Below are positions 35,391-46,771 of a stretch of DNA of 64,000 nt, in pieces. The stretch lies in assembly GCA_034677965.1 (NCBI GenBank), contig JAXDCM010000100.1:5115-69114 (forward strand), in the 5' to 3' direction. The notes beneath the pieces are model-generated. The model was not told the origin of the DNA. It saw only the letters and a program-made list of their open reading frames with translations, and did not search any database. A program made the translations under genes and the position numbers. The number at the start of each line of letters is the position of its first letter. Within the stretch, counting starts at the first letter, position 1. The DNA is from Syntrophales bacterium. GTDB lineage: Bacteria > Desulfobacterota > Syntrophia > Syntrophales > UBA5619.

Positions 35391-36344
35391 ATGAAAATCA
35401 TTCGATCCGTGAAGGGAATGCAAAGCCTTGCCGATTCGATACGATCCCGAGGGGAAAGGATCGCCTTTGTTCCGACGATGGGATACTTTCATGAGGGACA
35501 TCTCAACCTGATGCGCATCGGTCGAACACAGGGAGATTGCCTCGTGGTGAGCATTTACGTGAATCCTACACAATTTTCCCCCACCGAGGACTTGGAGACC
35601 TATCCCCGCGACTTTGACCGAGACCGGATGCTTGCAGAAACGGTCGGTGTCGATGTGATTTTTTTACCGAACGATCAGGAGATGTATCCGGATGGGTATC
35701 AGACCTTTGTGGAGGTGGCAGGGGTTACGAAAAACCTCTGCGGAATCTCCCGTCCACAATTTTTCCGGGGGGTGACCACGGTATGCACGAAACTTTTTCA
35801 AATCGTAAAACCTCATGTCACGGTATTCGGGAAGAAGGATTTCCAGCAATATGTCACCATTCAAAGGCTGGTCCGGGATTTAAACATGGACCTTGAAGTC
35901 ATCGGCATGGATACGACGCGGGAGTCCGACGGCCTTGCAATGAGTTCGCGGAATACGTACCTGAATCCCGAAGAGAGAAGGTCGGCCTTGAGTCTAAGCC
36001 GCGCGCTCGTCCTGGCGGAAGATCTGTACAGCCGAGGGGAAAGGAATCCCGAACGGATATTGAAAAAGGTGCGGACGTTCATTACGGGTCACCCCCACAC
36101 GGAAATCGACTATGCACGGATTTGTGACACATCGACGATCAAAGATGTAACGCTCATCGAAGGGGAATGTGTGCTGGCACTGGCGGTCAGGGTCGGCAAG
36201 ACGAGGTTGATCGACAACCATGTTTTCGGTGAAACGTTGAAAATCGGTGATAACCGCTCTTCGACCCATCAGGAAGGGCCTGTAAAATCGTCGGATAATG
36301 CCGAAAAGCCGCCATGGTACGGCAGTGTATGTCAGCCTCTGTGA
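35391..36344 (+). CDS. panC: pantoate--beta-alanine ligase
   Basis: FVPTMGYFHEGHLNLMR (HxGH motif) and ESDGLAMSSRN. About 30 extra C-terminal residues compared with typical PanC length. Confidence 0.9.
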   Translation: MKIIRSVKGMQSLADSIRSRGERIAFVPTMGYFHEGHLNLMRIGRTQGDCLVVSIYVNPTQFSPTEDLETYPRDFDRDRMLAETVGVDVIFLPNDQEMYPDGYQTFVEVAGVTKNLCGISRPQFFRGVTTVCTKLFQIVKPHVTVFGKKDFQQYVTIQRLVRDLNMDLEVIGMDTTRESDGLAMSSRNTYLNPEERRSALSLSRALVLAEDLYSRGERNPERILKKVRTFITGHPHTEIDYARICDTSTIKDVTLIEGECVLALAVRVGKTRLIDNHVFGETLKIGDNRSSTHQEGPVKSSDNAEKPPWYGSVCQPL

Positions 36345-36530
36345 CAAGACGAGCGATCCGATTCGTCGGCCTGAATCGATCCGGCATCCCGGTCCGGAAA
36401 ACACAGAAAATCCATTCGAAAGAAAATCTTTCCCCCGGAAAAAGACGCTTCATACAGAAATAAACCATTGAAACTATTTTTTGATTCTGATATGGAGCCG
36501 TCGGCTCAACCATCCTATCAAGGCAAGACA

Positions 36531-37247
36531 ATGTTGAAGAAGAAATTGAAACGGATCTTCCTGACCGGTTTGGCTGTCGTGATTCCGGCGGGAGTGACGA
36601 TCTATATCCTGTTTTTCATCATCGGCGTGATGGACAGCCTCCTGCGGGTCATTCCTGCAGAATATCATCCGGATCATTTGTTGAAGGTTCATATCCCGGG
36701 ATTGGGTGCCATCATTACGATTCTGTTGATCTTTATTTGCGGTCTCGTTACGACAAGTTATTTCGGAAAGCGTCTGATCACCTTCGGGGAGCACCTTGTT
36801 GGAAAGATTCCGTTCGTCCGGAGCATCTACCAGGCCATCAAGAGGATTGCCGACAGTTTGCTGATGGACAAGGCGCGGAGTTTTAAGAGCGTGGTTATGG
36901 TGGAGTATCCGCGAAAAGGCGTTTACAGCATCGGATTCATCACCGGGACCCCCAACGGAGAAATACAGAACAGAATCGGTCGAAATACACAGTGCATCGG
37001 TGTTTTTATTCCACTTGCCCTCACACCGACGACGGGATTCTTCATCATGGTGCCGAAGGATGAGCTGATTGAACTCAGCATGTCCGTGGAAGAGGCGTTC
37101 ACACTGATCATTTCTGCCGGCATTGTCACGCCGAAAGACCGCCTCAGCGTCGCCGGGACGAAACCCGTCGAAATCAACGAGAAAGACCTGCTGCCAAGGA
37201 TGCAGACCGGTCATGCCGCCGGGAGCGCCCCGGATGTGATTCGGTGA
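36531..37247 (+). CDS. DUF502-family membrane protein
   Basis: The N-terminus [29 protein letters not shown], then [12 protein letters not shown], typical of DUF502. Confidence 0.65.
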   Translation: MLKKKLKRIFLTGLAVVIPAGVTIYILFFIIGVMDSLLRVIPAEYHPDHLLKVHIPGLGAIITILLIFICGLVTTSYFGKRLITFGEHLVGKIPFVRSIYQAIKRIADSLLMDKARSFKSVVMVEYPRKGVYSIGFITGTPNGEIQNRIGRNTQCIGVFIPLALTPTTGFFIMVPKDELIELSMSVEEAFTLIISAGIVTPKDRLSVAGTKPVEINEKDLLPRMQTGHAAGSAPDVIR

Positions 37248-37270
37248 TCATGCATAAGGAGAGGAAGGAT

Positions 37271-38695
37271 ATGAAATTTTTGAAAGTCGATCTGAAGATG
37301 CCTTACAAGATTGCGGATCTCTCTCTTGCCGCCTGGGGAAGGGAGGAAATGCGCCTTTCCGAGAATGAGATGCCGGGCCTGATGGCCATCCGGGAAAAGT
37401 ACGGTCCGAAAAAACCTTTGGCCGGAATGAAAATCACAGGCAGTCTTCACATGACGATTCAGACGGCCATGCTGATTGAAACCTTGAAGAGTCTGGGGGC
37501 TGATCTTCGATGGGCATCCTGCAATATCTTCTCGACTCAAGACCATGCCGCGGCTGCCATTGCGAAGTCGGGAACCGCCGCCGTTTTTGCGTGGAAGGGA
37601 GAATCCCTGGAGGATTACTGGTGGTGCACCGAACAGGCGCTGACCTGGCCGGACGGTACGGGACCAAATCTGATCGTCGATGACGGCGGTGACGCAACCC
37701 TCTTCGTTCATGAGGGAGTTCGCATAGAAAAGGATCCCTCCCTGCTGAAGCAACAGTGCGAAAACAAGGAATTCCGAATTATTCGGGAACGGCTCGCCAA
37801 TGGTCTCAAAACGGCGCCGGGACACTGGCATCAGGTGACATCGGGAATCCGCGGCGTATCCGAGGAAACCACTACCGGGGTAAACCGTCTCTACCAGATG
37901 GCCAAGAAGGGCGAACTCCTTTTCCCGGCCATCAATGTCAACAATTCGGTGACCAAGTCCAAGTTCGACAACCTATACGGTTGCCGCGAGTCTCTGGCGG
38001 ACGGCATCAAACGAGCTACAGACATCATGATTGCGGGTAAGGTGGTGGTTCTGTGCGGGTATGGTGATGTCGGCAAGGGATGTGCCCAATCGATGAGGGG
38101 TTTCGGCGCCCGCGTGATCATTGTGGAGATTGATCCGATCTGCGCCTTGCAGGCGGCCATGGAGGGATATGAGGTGAAAACCCTCGATGATGTGATTGCC
38201 AAAGGGGATATCTTCATCACGTCGACCGGCTGCTGCGACGTCATTACCGGACAGCATATGGAGAAGATGAAAAACGAGGCGATCCTATGCAATATCGGCC
38301 ATTTTGACAGTGAAATTGATATGCATTATCTGGAAAATACGCCCGGATGCCGGCGGATTTCGATCAAACCGCAGGTGGACAAATGGACGCTGAAATCCGG
38401 CAGGACCATCATCGTCCTGGCGGAGGGACGCCTGGTCAATCTCGGATGCGCGACCGGCCACGCGAGCTTTGTGATGAGCAGCAGCTTTACCAATCAGTGT
38501 CTCGCACAGATGAAGCTGGCGGCCGGGGGGTTGAAGCCGGATGTTCACATTCTTCCCAAGAAGCTGGATGAGGAAGTGGCTCGACTTCACCTGAAGCGTT
38601 TGGGCGCAAAACTCTCGAAACTCAGCAAAAAACAGGCCCAGTATCTCGGCGTTACCGTCGGGGGGCCTTTCAAGCCGGATTCATACCGCTATTGA
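37271..38695 (+). CDS. ahcY: adenosylhomocysteinase
   Basis: [18 protein letters not shown] motif [11 protein letters not shown], and [22 protein letters not shown] lies upstream of ATG 37271. Confidence 0.92.
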   Translation: MKFLKVDLKMPYKIADLSLAAWGREEMRLSENEMPGLMAIREKYGPKKPLAGMKITGSLHMTIQTAMLIETLKSLGADLRWASCNIFSTQDHAAAAIAKSGTAAVFAWKGESLEDYWWCTEQALTWPDGTGPNLIVDDGGDATLFVHEGVRIEKDPSLLKQQCENKEFRIIRERLANGLKTAPGHWHQVTSGIRGVSEETTTGVNRLYQMAKKGELLFPAINVNNSVTKSKFDNLYGCRESLADGIKRATDIMIAGKVVVLCGYGDVGKGCAQSMRGFGARVIIVEIDPICALQAAMEGYEVKTLDDVIAKGDIFITSTGCCDVITGQHMEKMKNEAILCNIGHFDSEIDMHYLENTPGCRRISIKPQVDKWTLKSGRTIIVLAEGRLVNLGCATGHASFVMSSSFTNQCLAQMKLAAGGLKPDVHILPKKLDEEVARLHLKRLGAKLSKLSKKQAQYLGVTVGGPFKPDSYRY

Positions 38696-38765
38696 AAGAA
38701 GGAGTATGGAGGGCAGATGATTGCAGGGGAATTGACGATTTCAACCCCGCTTTCAAAGGCCTTTG

Positions 38766-39854
38766 TCAGGTTCTGACCCGCAGAACGAGAAAAATCGAGA
38801 CGGCGGTGAAAAGAATGTTGGCAAACCATGCGGCGATCAGCGGGGAAAGGGTTTCCGACCGGCCCAGGGACATTCCAAAGGCATAGACAAGCCAGTACGA
38901 AAATCCGATGATCAGTCCCGTTCCGATTCCCTGTGCAATTCCTCCGCTCCTCTCCGAGCGGAGGGAAAATGAGAAACCGATCACGGCCAGAATGATGCTC
39001 ACGAAGGAAAAGGCGATCTTCCCCTGGAGATCGACGATGTACCGTGTTGCATCGTAACCTTCCGATTGAAGTTTCCGAATGTAACGATCCAGTTCGAAAT
39101 AGCCCATCGACTCAATGTCCTTCTGAATCATTTTAAAATCAGAAGGCTTTTCCGGGAGGTCGATCACCTCCTGAGGCACTTTCGAGAGCAGCGGAAACCC
39201 ACCCTCCCGGAATTGGGTGATCAGGACATTGTGAAAGAGCCATTGATTTCCGTTCCACTCGCCCTTTTCGGCGTCCAGACGCTTGATCAGGTTCATCTGG
39301 CGATCAAGGTAATGGATGGTAATCCCCCGAAGGGTGTTGGTCTGGGCGTCGAACAGCCGAAAGTTGTAGATTCCCTTTTGCCCGCGGTACCAGATCTGAT
39401 CCTGTTTGAAGGTTCCCATGGATTTTCTTTTCTGTACTTCGATCAACCGGATATGCTCGGCCCTGTCATTGGTATAGGGGGTGACCCATTCGCTCAAATA
39501 GAAAATCAAAAGGCAGACCACAATCGCGATGCTCATCACCGGGACAGAAAGCCGATAAAGGCTGATCCCGTTCGCTTTGATGGCGGTAATTTCGCTGTGC
39601 TTGGAGAGGTAGCCGAATGTCAGCAGGGAGGAGAGGAGGACCGACGCCGGCAGGATCTGCGCGATCATCATCGGTATCCGAAACAGAAAAAAAGAGCCCA
39701 TCTGCATGACGGTTGCATGATTGCTGAGAAACATCCTGATCTTCTCGAAAAAATCGATGATCAAAAAAAGCAGAACGAACGATATCGTAATCAAAAAAAG
39801 GTTTCTCAGAAATTCCGTAAACAGATAACGGTCCAAAATTTTCATCATCTTCAT
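38766..39854 (-). CDS. lptG: LPS export ABC transporter permease
   Basis: YjgP/YjgQ family with N-terminus ILDRYLFTEFLRN, six spans and a large periplasmic loop. It is the second gene of the pair. Confidence 0.75.
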   Translation of the reverse strand: MKMMKILDRYLFTEFLRNLFLITISFVLLFLIIDFFEKIRMFLSNHATVMQMGSFFLFRIPMMIAQILPASVLLSSLLTFGYLSKHSEITAIKANGISLYRLSVPVMSIAIVVCLLIFYLSEWVTPYTNDRAEHIRLIEVQKRKSMGTFKQDQIWYRGQKGIYNFRLFDAQTNTLRGITIHYLDRQMNLIKRLDAEKGEWNGNQWLFHNVLITQFREGGFPLLSKVPQEVIDLPEKPSDFKMIQKDIESMGYFELDRYIRKLQSEGYDATRYIVDLQGKIAFSFVSIILAVIGFSFSLRSERSGGIAQGIGTGLIIGFSYWLVYAFGMSLGRSETLSPLIAAWFANILFTAVSIFLVLRVRT

Positions 39855-39904
39855 TCATTTGCCAACTAAAATTTCCGCTGGTTTGATACAGCGGTGAGTC
39901 TGCC

Positions 39905-41041
39905 CTAAACACTGCGCGTGGGACGACTCCGAATTCCTTCCCTTGCGGTAAAGACAAAAACGAGAAATCCGGCAACGGTAAAAATAAGATTGGGCGCCCA
40001 GGTTCCGATGATCGCAGGGAGTCTGCCTGTTTCAACCATGGCTTCGCCGCTGATTCGAAGCAGATAGTAGATCAGAACCAGGAATATGCCGATCGTAAAA
40101 CCCCGGGACCGCACCGAACGGTGTGCACGGATGGCCAAGGGCATGCCGATCACGGCGAAAAGAATGCAGGAAAAAGGGATGGTCAGTTTCTTGTGCAGTT
40201 CGATCTGCAGTTCGCGAAGCTCCTCCGGTTTTGCCTCTCTTTTCCGGATCGCGTCATTCAGCTGCGAAAGATTCATTTCCGTGCTGGATAGCATTCCATG
40301 CTTGTTGTCCGCGGCAAGGTTTGATGCAAAATCCAGACGAACATCGTAAAAATGAAAGTCCATCTTCCGGTAATTGTTGAGATCGGAATCGACCGTATGG
40401 GTGCTGCCGTCCTCGAGGCGCAACGTGACAACCATCGTATCGGGATTTGAAACAAGATAGGCACGGCGGGCGATAATGGTACTCGGTTCGCGGCTGATTC
40501 TGCTGTCCGAAACGAGAACTCCCTCCAGGTAATCTCCATGGATGGGAATGCTGTCCGCATACAACAATATGCCTTGAAAATCGTCGACAAACACCTTTTC
40601 CCGGATACTCACACTGGCCTTTTGTCGGGCCATGTCGAACAGAAGGGCCTTGGAGGCAAGGTTGCCGTAAGGCACCAGGAAGAGGGTCGTAGCCAGGGTC
40701 ATCAAAAAGGCGGTCAATGCAGATAGGCATACCGGTATCGACAACTGATAGAGGCTGAGGCCGGACATCTTCATGATGGTCCATTCATTGTCGCCGGAAA
40801 GTCTTCCCAGTCCGATCAGAATCGCGATCAGCAGCGAAACCGGAATCGTGAAGACGAGAAACGAAGGAATCAGGAACAACATCAGAAGGGCGATCTCAAC
40901 AAAACCGATGCCCTTGTTGATCATCAAGTCCATGACCTGCAGGATTTTCCCCATCAGCAAAACGAAGGTGAGTACGCAGAGAATCATGCAGAACGGCAGG
41001 AATATTTCTTTTAGAATATAACGGTTGATCAAACGTCGCAT
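39905..41041 (-). CDS. lptF: LPS export ABC transporter permease
   Basis: YjgP/YjgQ family with N-terminus INRYILKEIFLPF. It is the first gene of the pair. Confidence 0.75.
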   Translation of the reverse strand: MRRLINRYILKEIFLPFCMILCVLTFVLLMGKILQVMDLMINKGIGFVEIALLMLFLIPSFLVFTIPVSLLIAILIGLGRLSGDNEWTIMKMSGLSLYQLSIPVCLSALTAFLMTLATTLFLVPYGNLASKALLFDMARQKASVSIREKVFVDDFQGILLYADSIPIHGDYLEGVLVSDSRISREPSTIIARRAYLVSNPDTMVVTLRLEDGSTHTVDSDLNNYRKMDFHFYDVRLDFASNLAADNKHGMLSSTEMNLSQLNDAIRKREAKPEELRELQIELHKKLTIPFSCILFAVIGMPLAIRAHRSVRSRGFTIGIFLVLIYYLLRISGEAMVETGRLPAIIGTWAPNLIFTVAGFLVFVFTAREGIRSRPTRSV

Positions 41042-41065
41042 GTTCCCGAACCCGATTCTTCTTTG

Positions 41066-41782
41066 CTATACCGTCAAATGTAAGGGCTCGATAAAGGCGG
41101 GATCCTCTTTTTCCATGATTTCGATGATCGAACGGTGCAACCGTTTTTTCATTTCACCGAAGATGGCTCTTTTCTTGGTAAAGGTTTTGGCGAAAGCCAG
41201 GGTTTCACTCATCAGCGCCTCTTCATTCTCGCATGCCTTCACAATGATGTGGTGGGTTTCCAACTCGGTGGCGACGGTTCTCTTTCCGCTGTATACGAGG
41301 TCTTCCAGCATGTAGTAGGGGACGGCTTTTTTGAGGATTGCCAGCATCCCGGGGAGAAAGGGGATATTGATGTCGACTTCCGGAAAACAGAAGTAACCGC
41401 GATCCGACTTCATGAAACGGAAATCACAGGCACAGGCCAGAATCGCGCCGCCGGCAAAAACATGTCCGTTGATGGCGGCAATGACCGGCATGGGGTAGAG
41501 CAGAACACGTTTGTAAACTTGGTTCAGGCCGTATAAAAACCCCTTGATCTTCCCGAGATCTTTCTTGGCCATGGCGTCCATGATCCATTGGAGATCGAGC
41601 CCTTGCGACCAGTTTTTTGAATCGCTGGAAGTGACGATCACCGATGAAATCGCAGGGTCTCTCTCGACTTCGTCGAAGGCTGTCAAAAGGGCGGAGACAA
41701 AATCGGAGTTCATCCTGTTTTCGACGTTGTTCATTGTGATGATGCCGGTTGTTTCTGCTTTTTTCCATTCAATGATCGGCAT
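41066..41782 (-). CDS. enoyl-CoA hydratase/isomerase (crotonase) family protein
   Basis: 238 aa with a crotonase-fold pattern (ITMNNVENRMN, VIVTSSDSKNWSQGLDL, INGHVFAGGAILA). Confidence 0.8.
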   Translation of the reverse strand: MPIIEWKKAETTGIITMNNVENRMNSDFVSALLTAFDEVERDPAISSVIVTSSDSKNWSQGLDLQWIMDAMAKKDLGKIKGFLYGLNQVYKRVLLYPMPVIAAINGHVFAGGAILACACDFRFMKSDRGYFCFPEVDINIPFLPGMLAILKKAVPYYMLEDLVYSGKRTVATELETHHIIVKACENEEALMSETLAFAKTFTKKRAIFGEMKKRLHRSIIEIMEKEDPAFIEPLHLTV

Positions 41783-42016
41783 TTCGGCGGCCTCCCGTAT
41801 CTGGAATGATGGTCATCGGACGTTTAACGGCCTATGCTGCATCACACATATTGACCGATAAGTCAAGAATCTACCCGGCTGCCACCGGTTCATCCCGGCT
41901 TTGAGAAGATCATGATGCCGAACATCCCCGTGGATTAATCGGTTGACAACACCGGTTGGCCTGTGGAATACAAATCCCGCGAAAAATTGTGGTTTTCATT
42001 TAGATCCGAGGCCGAT

Positions 42017-43702
42017 ATGCTGCGGGACAGATCCGTTAAAATCGTGGTTCTTTTTCTCGTTCCGCTGCTGCTGTATGTTGTTCCCCTTTCGTGGATCCCT
42101 TTGATGGAACCGGACGAGGGGAGGTACAGTTCGATTTCCGCCGCGATGAACGCCTCCGGAGACTATGTGACACCTCGACTAAAGGCAACGGTTTATTTTG
42201 AAAAGCCGCCGCTGAGCTACTGGGCGACAAGCTTCTTCTTCCGGATTCTGGGAGAAAATGAATTTTCATCACGTCTGTTTGCAGCCTTCTGCGCGTGGGG
42301 ATGCATCCTTCTGGTTTATTACATGGGATTTTTTTTTCACGATGCGCGAACGGGACTCTATGCCGCAGCCGTGTTGACCACATTCCTGTTTCATCTGGCG
42401 ATCGGACGAATCAATATACTCGATATGCCCCTTGCCTTTATGGTGTGTATGGCGATTTGGTGCGGTTTCCGATTTTATGCCGGGACGCCCGGGAAAAAGG
42501 CATGGCTTTATCTTCTCTATTTTTTCAGCGGGTTGGCGTTTCTGACGAAGGGGCTGATCGGAGTCGCCTTTCCATTCGGCATCCTTTTGACCTGGTTGCT
42601 CCTATCCAGGCGCTGGAGGGACCTATTCGCGCTTTTTTCCCCTGTGGGCATCCTCATTTTTTGCGCTACGGCCATCCCGTGGCTGATTCTGATTCAGCGG
42701 GAACATCCCGATTTTTTCCGTTTTTTTTTCCTCCAAGAGCATCTGTTTCGCTATGTCTCCCGGATCCATGGTCATTATCAGCCTTTCTATTACTATTTGC
42801 CGATCCTTCTGATCGGAACGCTTCCGTGGTGTGCGTTTTTACCCGAGGTGATCGCCAGGCTCGGAATGCGCGGAAAATTATTCGAGGATGTCGAAAAAAA
42901 GCTGCTGCTGGCCTGGTTCGGCCTGATTCTTGTCTTCTTTTCAGTTTCTTCCTCGAAATTGGTCCCTTACGTGACACCGCTTTTCCCGCCCATTGCTCTG
43001 GCCTTCGGTCATCTCTTTCGACGTTATGAGGAAAAAGGATATGCGGATCGTTCCAGAGAATCCGCGTCACGGATCGGCAGGTTACTTAAAATCGTGCAAC
43101 CCCTTCTTTTTACGGTGATTCTTTTTGCGCCCGTATTTCTTCCGACCAACCGCATCCCCTGGAGCGAATGGTGGCCGTGGATTGTCATTCCGGCGTTGCT
43201 GCAGTTCATGATGATCATCATCCCGCGCAGGGTCCGGAACAAGGCCGGAAAAGGATGGTTCGCTGCAGTCTATCTGTTGTTTGCGCTTTATTTCATTTCG
43301 ATCATACCGCCGGTTGCGAAATACCTTTCCCCGTACAAATCGGCCTACCCGCTCTCCCAGGCGGTCCTGGAATACGTTCCTGCCGACGCAATCCTTTACC
43401 AGTACGGGATATCGCTTTACGGGATCGATTTCTATACGGGGAAAAGAACCCCGGTCGTTGACGATATCGGCGAATTGAGATATGGCGCCGAACAGCTTCC
43501 CGCGGCGGAACGGGAGCGCTATTTTTTGACGTCGGATTCGTTTTTTCACGTAACGCGGGCCAAGGGCTCAGTATACTGTGCAACCAGGAAAGGAGACCGG
43601 CTGGCAATACTGAAAAAAGAGGTGCCAGACCTCCATCTATTATGGCATAATGACCGGTATGCGCTGGTGCTTTTGAATCGGTCAGGAAAAAAGGGGTCTT
43701 GA
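42017..43702 (+). CDS. arnT: 4-amino-4-deoxy-L-arabinose (L-Ara4N) transferase-like GT39/GT83 glycosyltransferase
   Basis: EPDEGRYSSISAAM..YFEKPPLSYW motif of the ArnT/PMT_2 family, multi-span, 561 aa from ATG 42017 (ORF-track GTG 41963 is possible). Confidence 0.8.
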   Translation: MLRDRSVKIVVLFLVPLLLYVVPLSWIPLMEPDEGRYSSISAAMNASGDYVTPRLKATVYFEKPPLSYWATSFFFRILGENEFSSRLFAAFCAWGCILLVYYMGFFFHDARTGLYAAAVLTTFLFHLAIGRINILDMPLAFMVCMAIWCGFRFYAGTPGKKAWLYLLYFFSGLAFLTKGLIGVAFPFGILLTWLLLSRRWRDLFALFSPVGILIFCATAIPWLILIQREHPDFFRFFFLQEHLFRYVSRIHGHYQPFYYYLPILLIGTLPWCAFLPEVIARLGMRGKLFEDVEKKLLLAWFGLILVFFSVSSSKLVPYVTPLFPPIALAFGHLFRRYEEKGYADRSRESASRIGRLLKIVQPLLFTVILFAPVFLPTNRIPWSEWWPWIVIPALLQFMMIIIPRRVRNKAGKGWFAAVYLLFALYFISIIPPVAKYLSPYKSAYPLSQAVLEYVPADAILYQYGISLYGIDFYTGKRTPVVDDIGELRYGAEQLPAAERERYFLTSDSFFHVTRAKGSVYCATRKGDRLAILKKEVPDLHLLWHNDRYALVLLNRSGKKGS

Positions 43703-44856
43703 TGGAAATACGAAAAGATTTTTTGCCGCTGAGCCGGCCTTCCATAGGTGACGCGGAGATCGCCGCGGTGACCGCTTGTTTGAGATCGCGATGGATTACG
43801 ACCGGTCCGTTGTGTAAAACCTTTGAAGAGAGGTTTCAGCAGTTGACGGGTGCACGTCACGCCGTGTCGATTTGCTCGGGGACGGCCGGAATGCAGCTTG
43901 TGCTGGCATCTCTCGGGATAGGTCCCGGGGATGAGGTCATCACGCCGTCGCTGACCTTTGCTTCGACGGTGAATATGATCGTACTTGGCGGGGCAAGACC
44001 TGTTTTTGCCGATATTCACTATGACACCCTCAACATCAGCGCCGATGACGCCGAAACCCGGATCACTCCGCGGACCAAGGCGATCATTCCCGTCCATTTT
44101 GCAGGTGCGCCTGCGGAAATGGATCGAATCCTTGAATTGGCGGATCGACATCATCTGACGGTTATCGAAGACGCCGCCCATGCCCTTGGAACGAGATATC
44201 GGGGCGTTCATGCCGGCGGTTTCGGAAAAATTGCCATATTTTCCTTTCATCCGATTAAAAATATAACCACCGGTGAGGGCGGTCTCATCACGCACAGCGA
44301 CGATCCATTGGAGACAAGGCTTCGAATGTTGCGTTTTCACGGGATCGAACGGGACGCCTGGAAGCGTTATGGCAAAAGCGGCAATCCGGACTATGATATC
44401 GAGACGCCGGGCTGGAAATTCAATTTGACGGATATTCAGGCGGCCCTGGGGATTGCCCAGCTTGAGAGGCTTGACGAATTCAACCGACGAAGGACAGAAC
44501 TTGTCGAGATTTACAGGGAGGAGCTCAAAGGCATCCCCGGTCTGGAACTGCCGGGTGATCCTCCCTACCCGCACGTTCATTCCCATCACCTCTTTGTGGT
44601 GAAGATCCTGTCCATGGACAGGGGAAGGTTTATGGAACGTTTGGCCGATTACAATATCGGTTATGGTTTCCATTTCCCGGCGTGTCATCTGCTGAAATAT
44701 GTGAGGGAGCGCTTCGGAGTGCAGAGGTTGCCGGAAACCGAGCGTGCGGCGCAGGCCATCTTATCCCTTCCCCTTTTCCCGGAGATGGATGATGCGGATG
44801 TCTCCTATGTATGTTCGTCGGTGAAGACGATTCTGAAGGGCTCGCGGGGCGACTGA
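43702..44856 (+). CDS. arnB: UDP-4-amino-4-deoxy-L-arabinose--oxoglutarate aminotransferase (DegT/DnrJ/EryC1 family)
   Basis: DFLPLSRPSIGDAEIAAV and FSFHPIKNITTGEGG (PLP Lys region). The ATG overlaps the arnT stop. Confidence 0.85.
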   Translation: MEIRKDFLPLSRPSIGDAEIAAVTACLRSRWITTGPLCKTFEERFQQLTGARHAVSICSGTAGMQLVLASLGIGPGDEVITPSLTFASTVNMIVLGGARPVFADIHYDTLNISADDAETRITPRTKAIIPVHFAGAPAEMDRILELADRHHLTVIEDAAHALGTRYRGVHAGGFGKIAIFSFHPIKNITTGEGGLITHSDDPLETRLRMLRFHGIERDAWKRYGKSGNPDYDIETPGWKFNLTDIQAALGIAQLERLDEFNRRRTELVEIYREELKGIPGLELPGDPPYPHVHSHHLFVVKILSMDRGRFMERLADYNIGYGFHFPACHLLKYVRERFGVQRLPETERAAQAILSLPLFPEMDDADVSYVCSSVKTILKGSRGD

Positions 44857-44858
44857 AA

Positions 44859-45845
44859 ATGATTGCAGATGGAAAGGAGTGGAGCAGGACCGCAATGATC
44901 TCTCTGGTCATTCCCGTGTTCAACGAGGAGGAAAACCTTCCATTGCTGATCAACCGAGTCCGAACCGTCATGACCCGGATGAAACGGTCTTGGGAACTCA
45001 TTCTGGTGGATGACGGAAGCTGGGATCGCTCTTTGGAAATCCTGAAGGCGTTTACAATCTATCCCGAAGTTCGAATCATAGAACTCACCCGGAACTACGG
45101 ACAGCATGCGGCTATTCTGGCCGGTTTTTCAATCGTCCGGGGTGAGATCGTTGTGACACTCGATGCCGATCTTCAAAATCCGCCGGAAGAGATTCCCCGT
45201 CTGATCGAAAAAATGGAAGAGGGGGGGTTTGACGTGGTCGGGTCCATCCGCCAGAGCAGGAAGGATTCGCTGCTCCGGATTTTTCCCTCCCGCATCGTGA
45301 ACTGGGTCGCAAGAAAGATTACCGGTGTCCGAATGTCCGATTGGGGATGCATGCTCAGAGCCTATCGCCGGACGGTTGTGCAACGGATGATCGCCTGTCA
45401 CGAACATGCCACCTTCATCCCGGCCCTTGCGACACACTTCGGAAAGAGGGTGACGGAGATCGAGGTCGCCCATGAGGAGAGACACGGGGGAAAATCGAAC
45501 TATCCGCTGCGGAAATTGATCAACCTTCAATTCGATCTGGTGGCGTCCTTTTCCGAACTTCCCATCAAGATCATCATGTACGGCGGGATCCTGCTGGCCA
45601 TGCTCGGGGTTTGCTTCGGCCTGGCGCTCGTCATTCTGCGTCTGCTGTACGGGGTGATTTGGGCGGCACAGGGGGTCTTTACGCTGTTCGCCGTTCTGTT
45701 TGTGTTTGTGGGACTTCAGTTTTTTGCGCTGGGATTGACCGGCGAATATATCGGCCGGATCTATCGCGAGGTTCGCAAACGGCCCGAGTATGTCATCGAA
45801 CACATCCATGGCGATGATTCTCTTTCACCCGGGGGGGATGCATGA
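44859..45845 (+). CDS. arnC: undecaprenyl-phosphate 4-deoxy-4-formamido-L-arabinose transferase (GT2)
   Basis: VIPVFNEEENLP, LDADLQNPPEEIPRL and RNYGQHAAILAGF closely resemble E. coli ArnC as I remember it. An alternative start is at 44895. Confidence 0.85.
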   Translation: MIADGKEWSRTAMISLVIPVFNEEENLPLLINRVRTVMTRMKRSWELILVDDGSWDRSLEILKAFTIYPEVRIIELTRNYGQHAAILAGFSIVRGEIVVTLDADLQNPPEEIPRLIEKMEEGGFDVVGSIRQSRKDSLLRIFPSRIVNWVARKITGVRMSDWGCMLRAYRRTVVQRMIACHEHATFIPALATHFGKRVTEIEVAHEERHGGKSNYPLRKLINLQFDLVASFSELPIKIIMYGGILLAMLGVCFGLALVILRLLYGVIWAAQGVFTLFAVLFVFVGLQFFALGLTGEYIGRIYREVRKRPEYVIEHIHGDDSLSPGGDA

Positions 45846-46771
45846 GAGTTGTAGTATTTGCCTATCACAACATGGGCATAGCCGGCCTCAACTCCCTCGA
45901 ACGTGCAGGTTTTCCGATTGTCCAAATCTATTCCCACGAGGACGATCCTGCGGAAAAACGGTGGTTTGATTCAGTACAGGAATGGGGAAAAGGGAAGGGG
46001 ATTCCCGTCGAATGCAGAGCTGATCTGAATCAAAAGGAAATGGCTGATAAGATTGCCGCACTTCAGCCGCAGATGATTTTTTCGTTCTACTACCGCCACA
46101 TGATCGCAGAAGAAATCCTCCGAATCCCGCCGAAAGGTGCATATAACCTGCACGGATCGCTTCTTCCCGCGTACCGTGGTCGATGCCCCGTCAATTGGGT
46201 TCTGTTGAACGGGGAGGTCCGGACGGGGGTCACCCTTCATCACATGGTCCGGAGGGCCGATGCGGGGGATGTCGTCGGACAAAAGGTCGTACGCATTTTG
46301 GAGGACGATACGGCTTTGACTCTGTACCGAAAGCTCTGTGCCGCCTCGGAAACGCTCCTCGACGAACTTCTTCCGCTGATGAGGGACGGATTGGCCCCTT
46401 GTATCCCGCAGGATATTTCCCCGGGGAGCTATTTCGGCCGTCGCAGGCCGGAGGATGGTCGCATCGATTGGAACTGGCCGGCGGTGAGAATCTACAACCT
46501 TATCCGTGCCGTGACGGATCCTTATCCCGGGGCGTTTTGCAAGTTGCCGGACGGATCCACGTTGATGGTTTGGTGGGGAGCGCCAGAAGGAAATCAGGAT
46601 GGAGAAAAGACGCAGACCCCCGGGATTGTCGAAATCAATGACGGCAGGGTTCTGGTTTCTACGGGAAGCGGAAAAATTCGCCTGCTCGATCTGCAGGTCG
46701 GGGGCGAGAGGATGGCCGGTGACGAAATCATCCGTTACTTTAAAGACAAGGAAGGAATACGGCTCCAATGA
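45842..46771 (+). CDS. arnA: UDP-L-Ara4N formyltransferase (stand-alone ArnA N-terminal domain)
   Basis: Formyltransferase motifs ([18 protein letters not shown]). ATGA overlaps occur at both ends. Confidence 0.85.
   Translation: MRVVVFAYHNMGIAGLNSLERAGFPIVQIYSHEDDPAEKRWFDSVQEWGKGKGIPVECRADLNQKEMADKIAALQPQMIFSFYYRHMIAEEILRIPPKGAYNLHGSLLPAYRGRCPVNWVLLNGEVRTGVTLHHMVRRADAGDVVGQKVVRILEDDTALTLYRKLCAASETLLDELLPLMRDGLAPCIPQDISPGSYFGRRRPEDGRIDWNWPAVRIYNLIRAVTDPYPGAFCKLPDGSTLMVWWGAPEGNQDGEKTQTPGIVEINDGRVLVSTGSGKIRLLDLQVGGERMAGDEIIRYFKDKEGIRLQ

Noticed and set aside
36345-37270. SAH riboswitch upstream of ahcY
   Set aside because: ahcY starts about 20 nt after the stop of the DUF502 gene, so there is no room for a leader. 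The spacer before the DUF502 gene shows no obvious conserved structure by eye.
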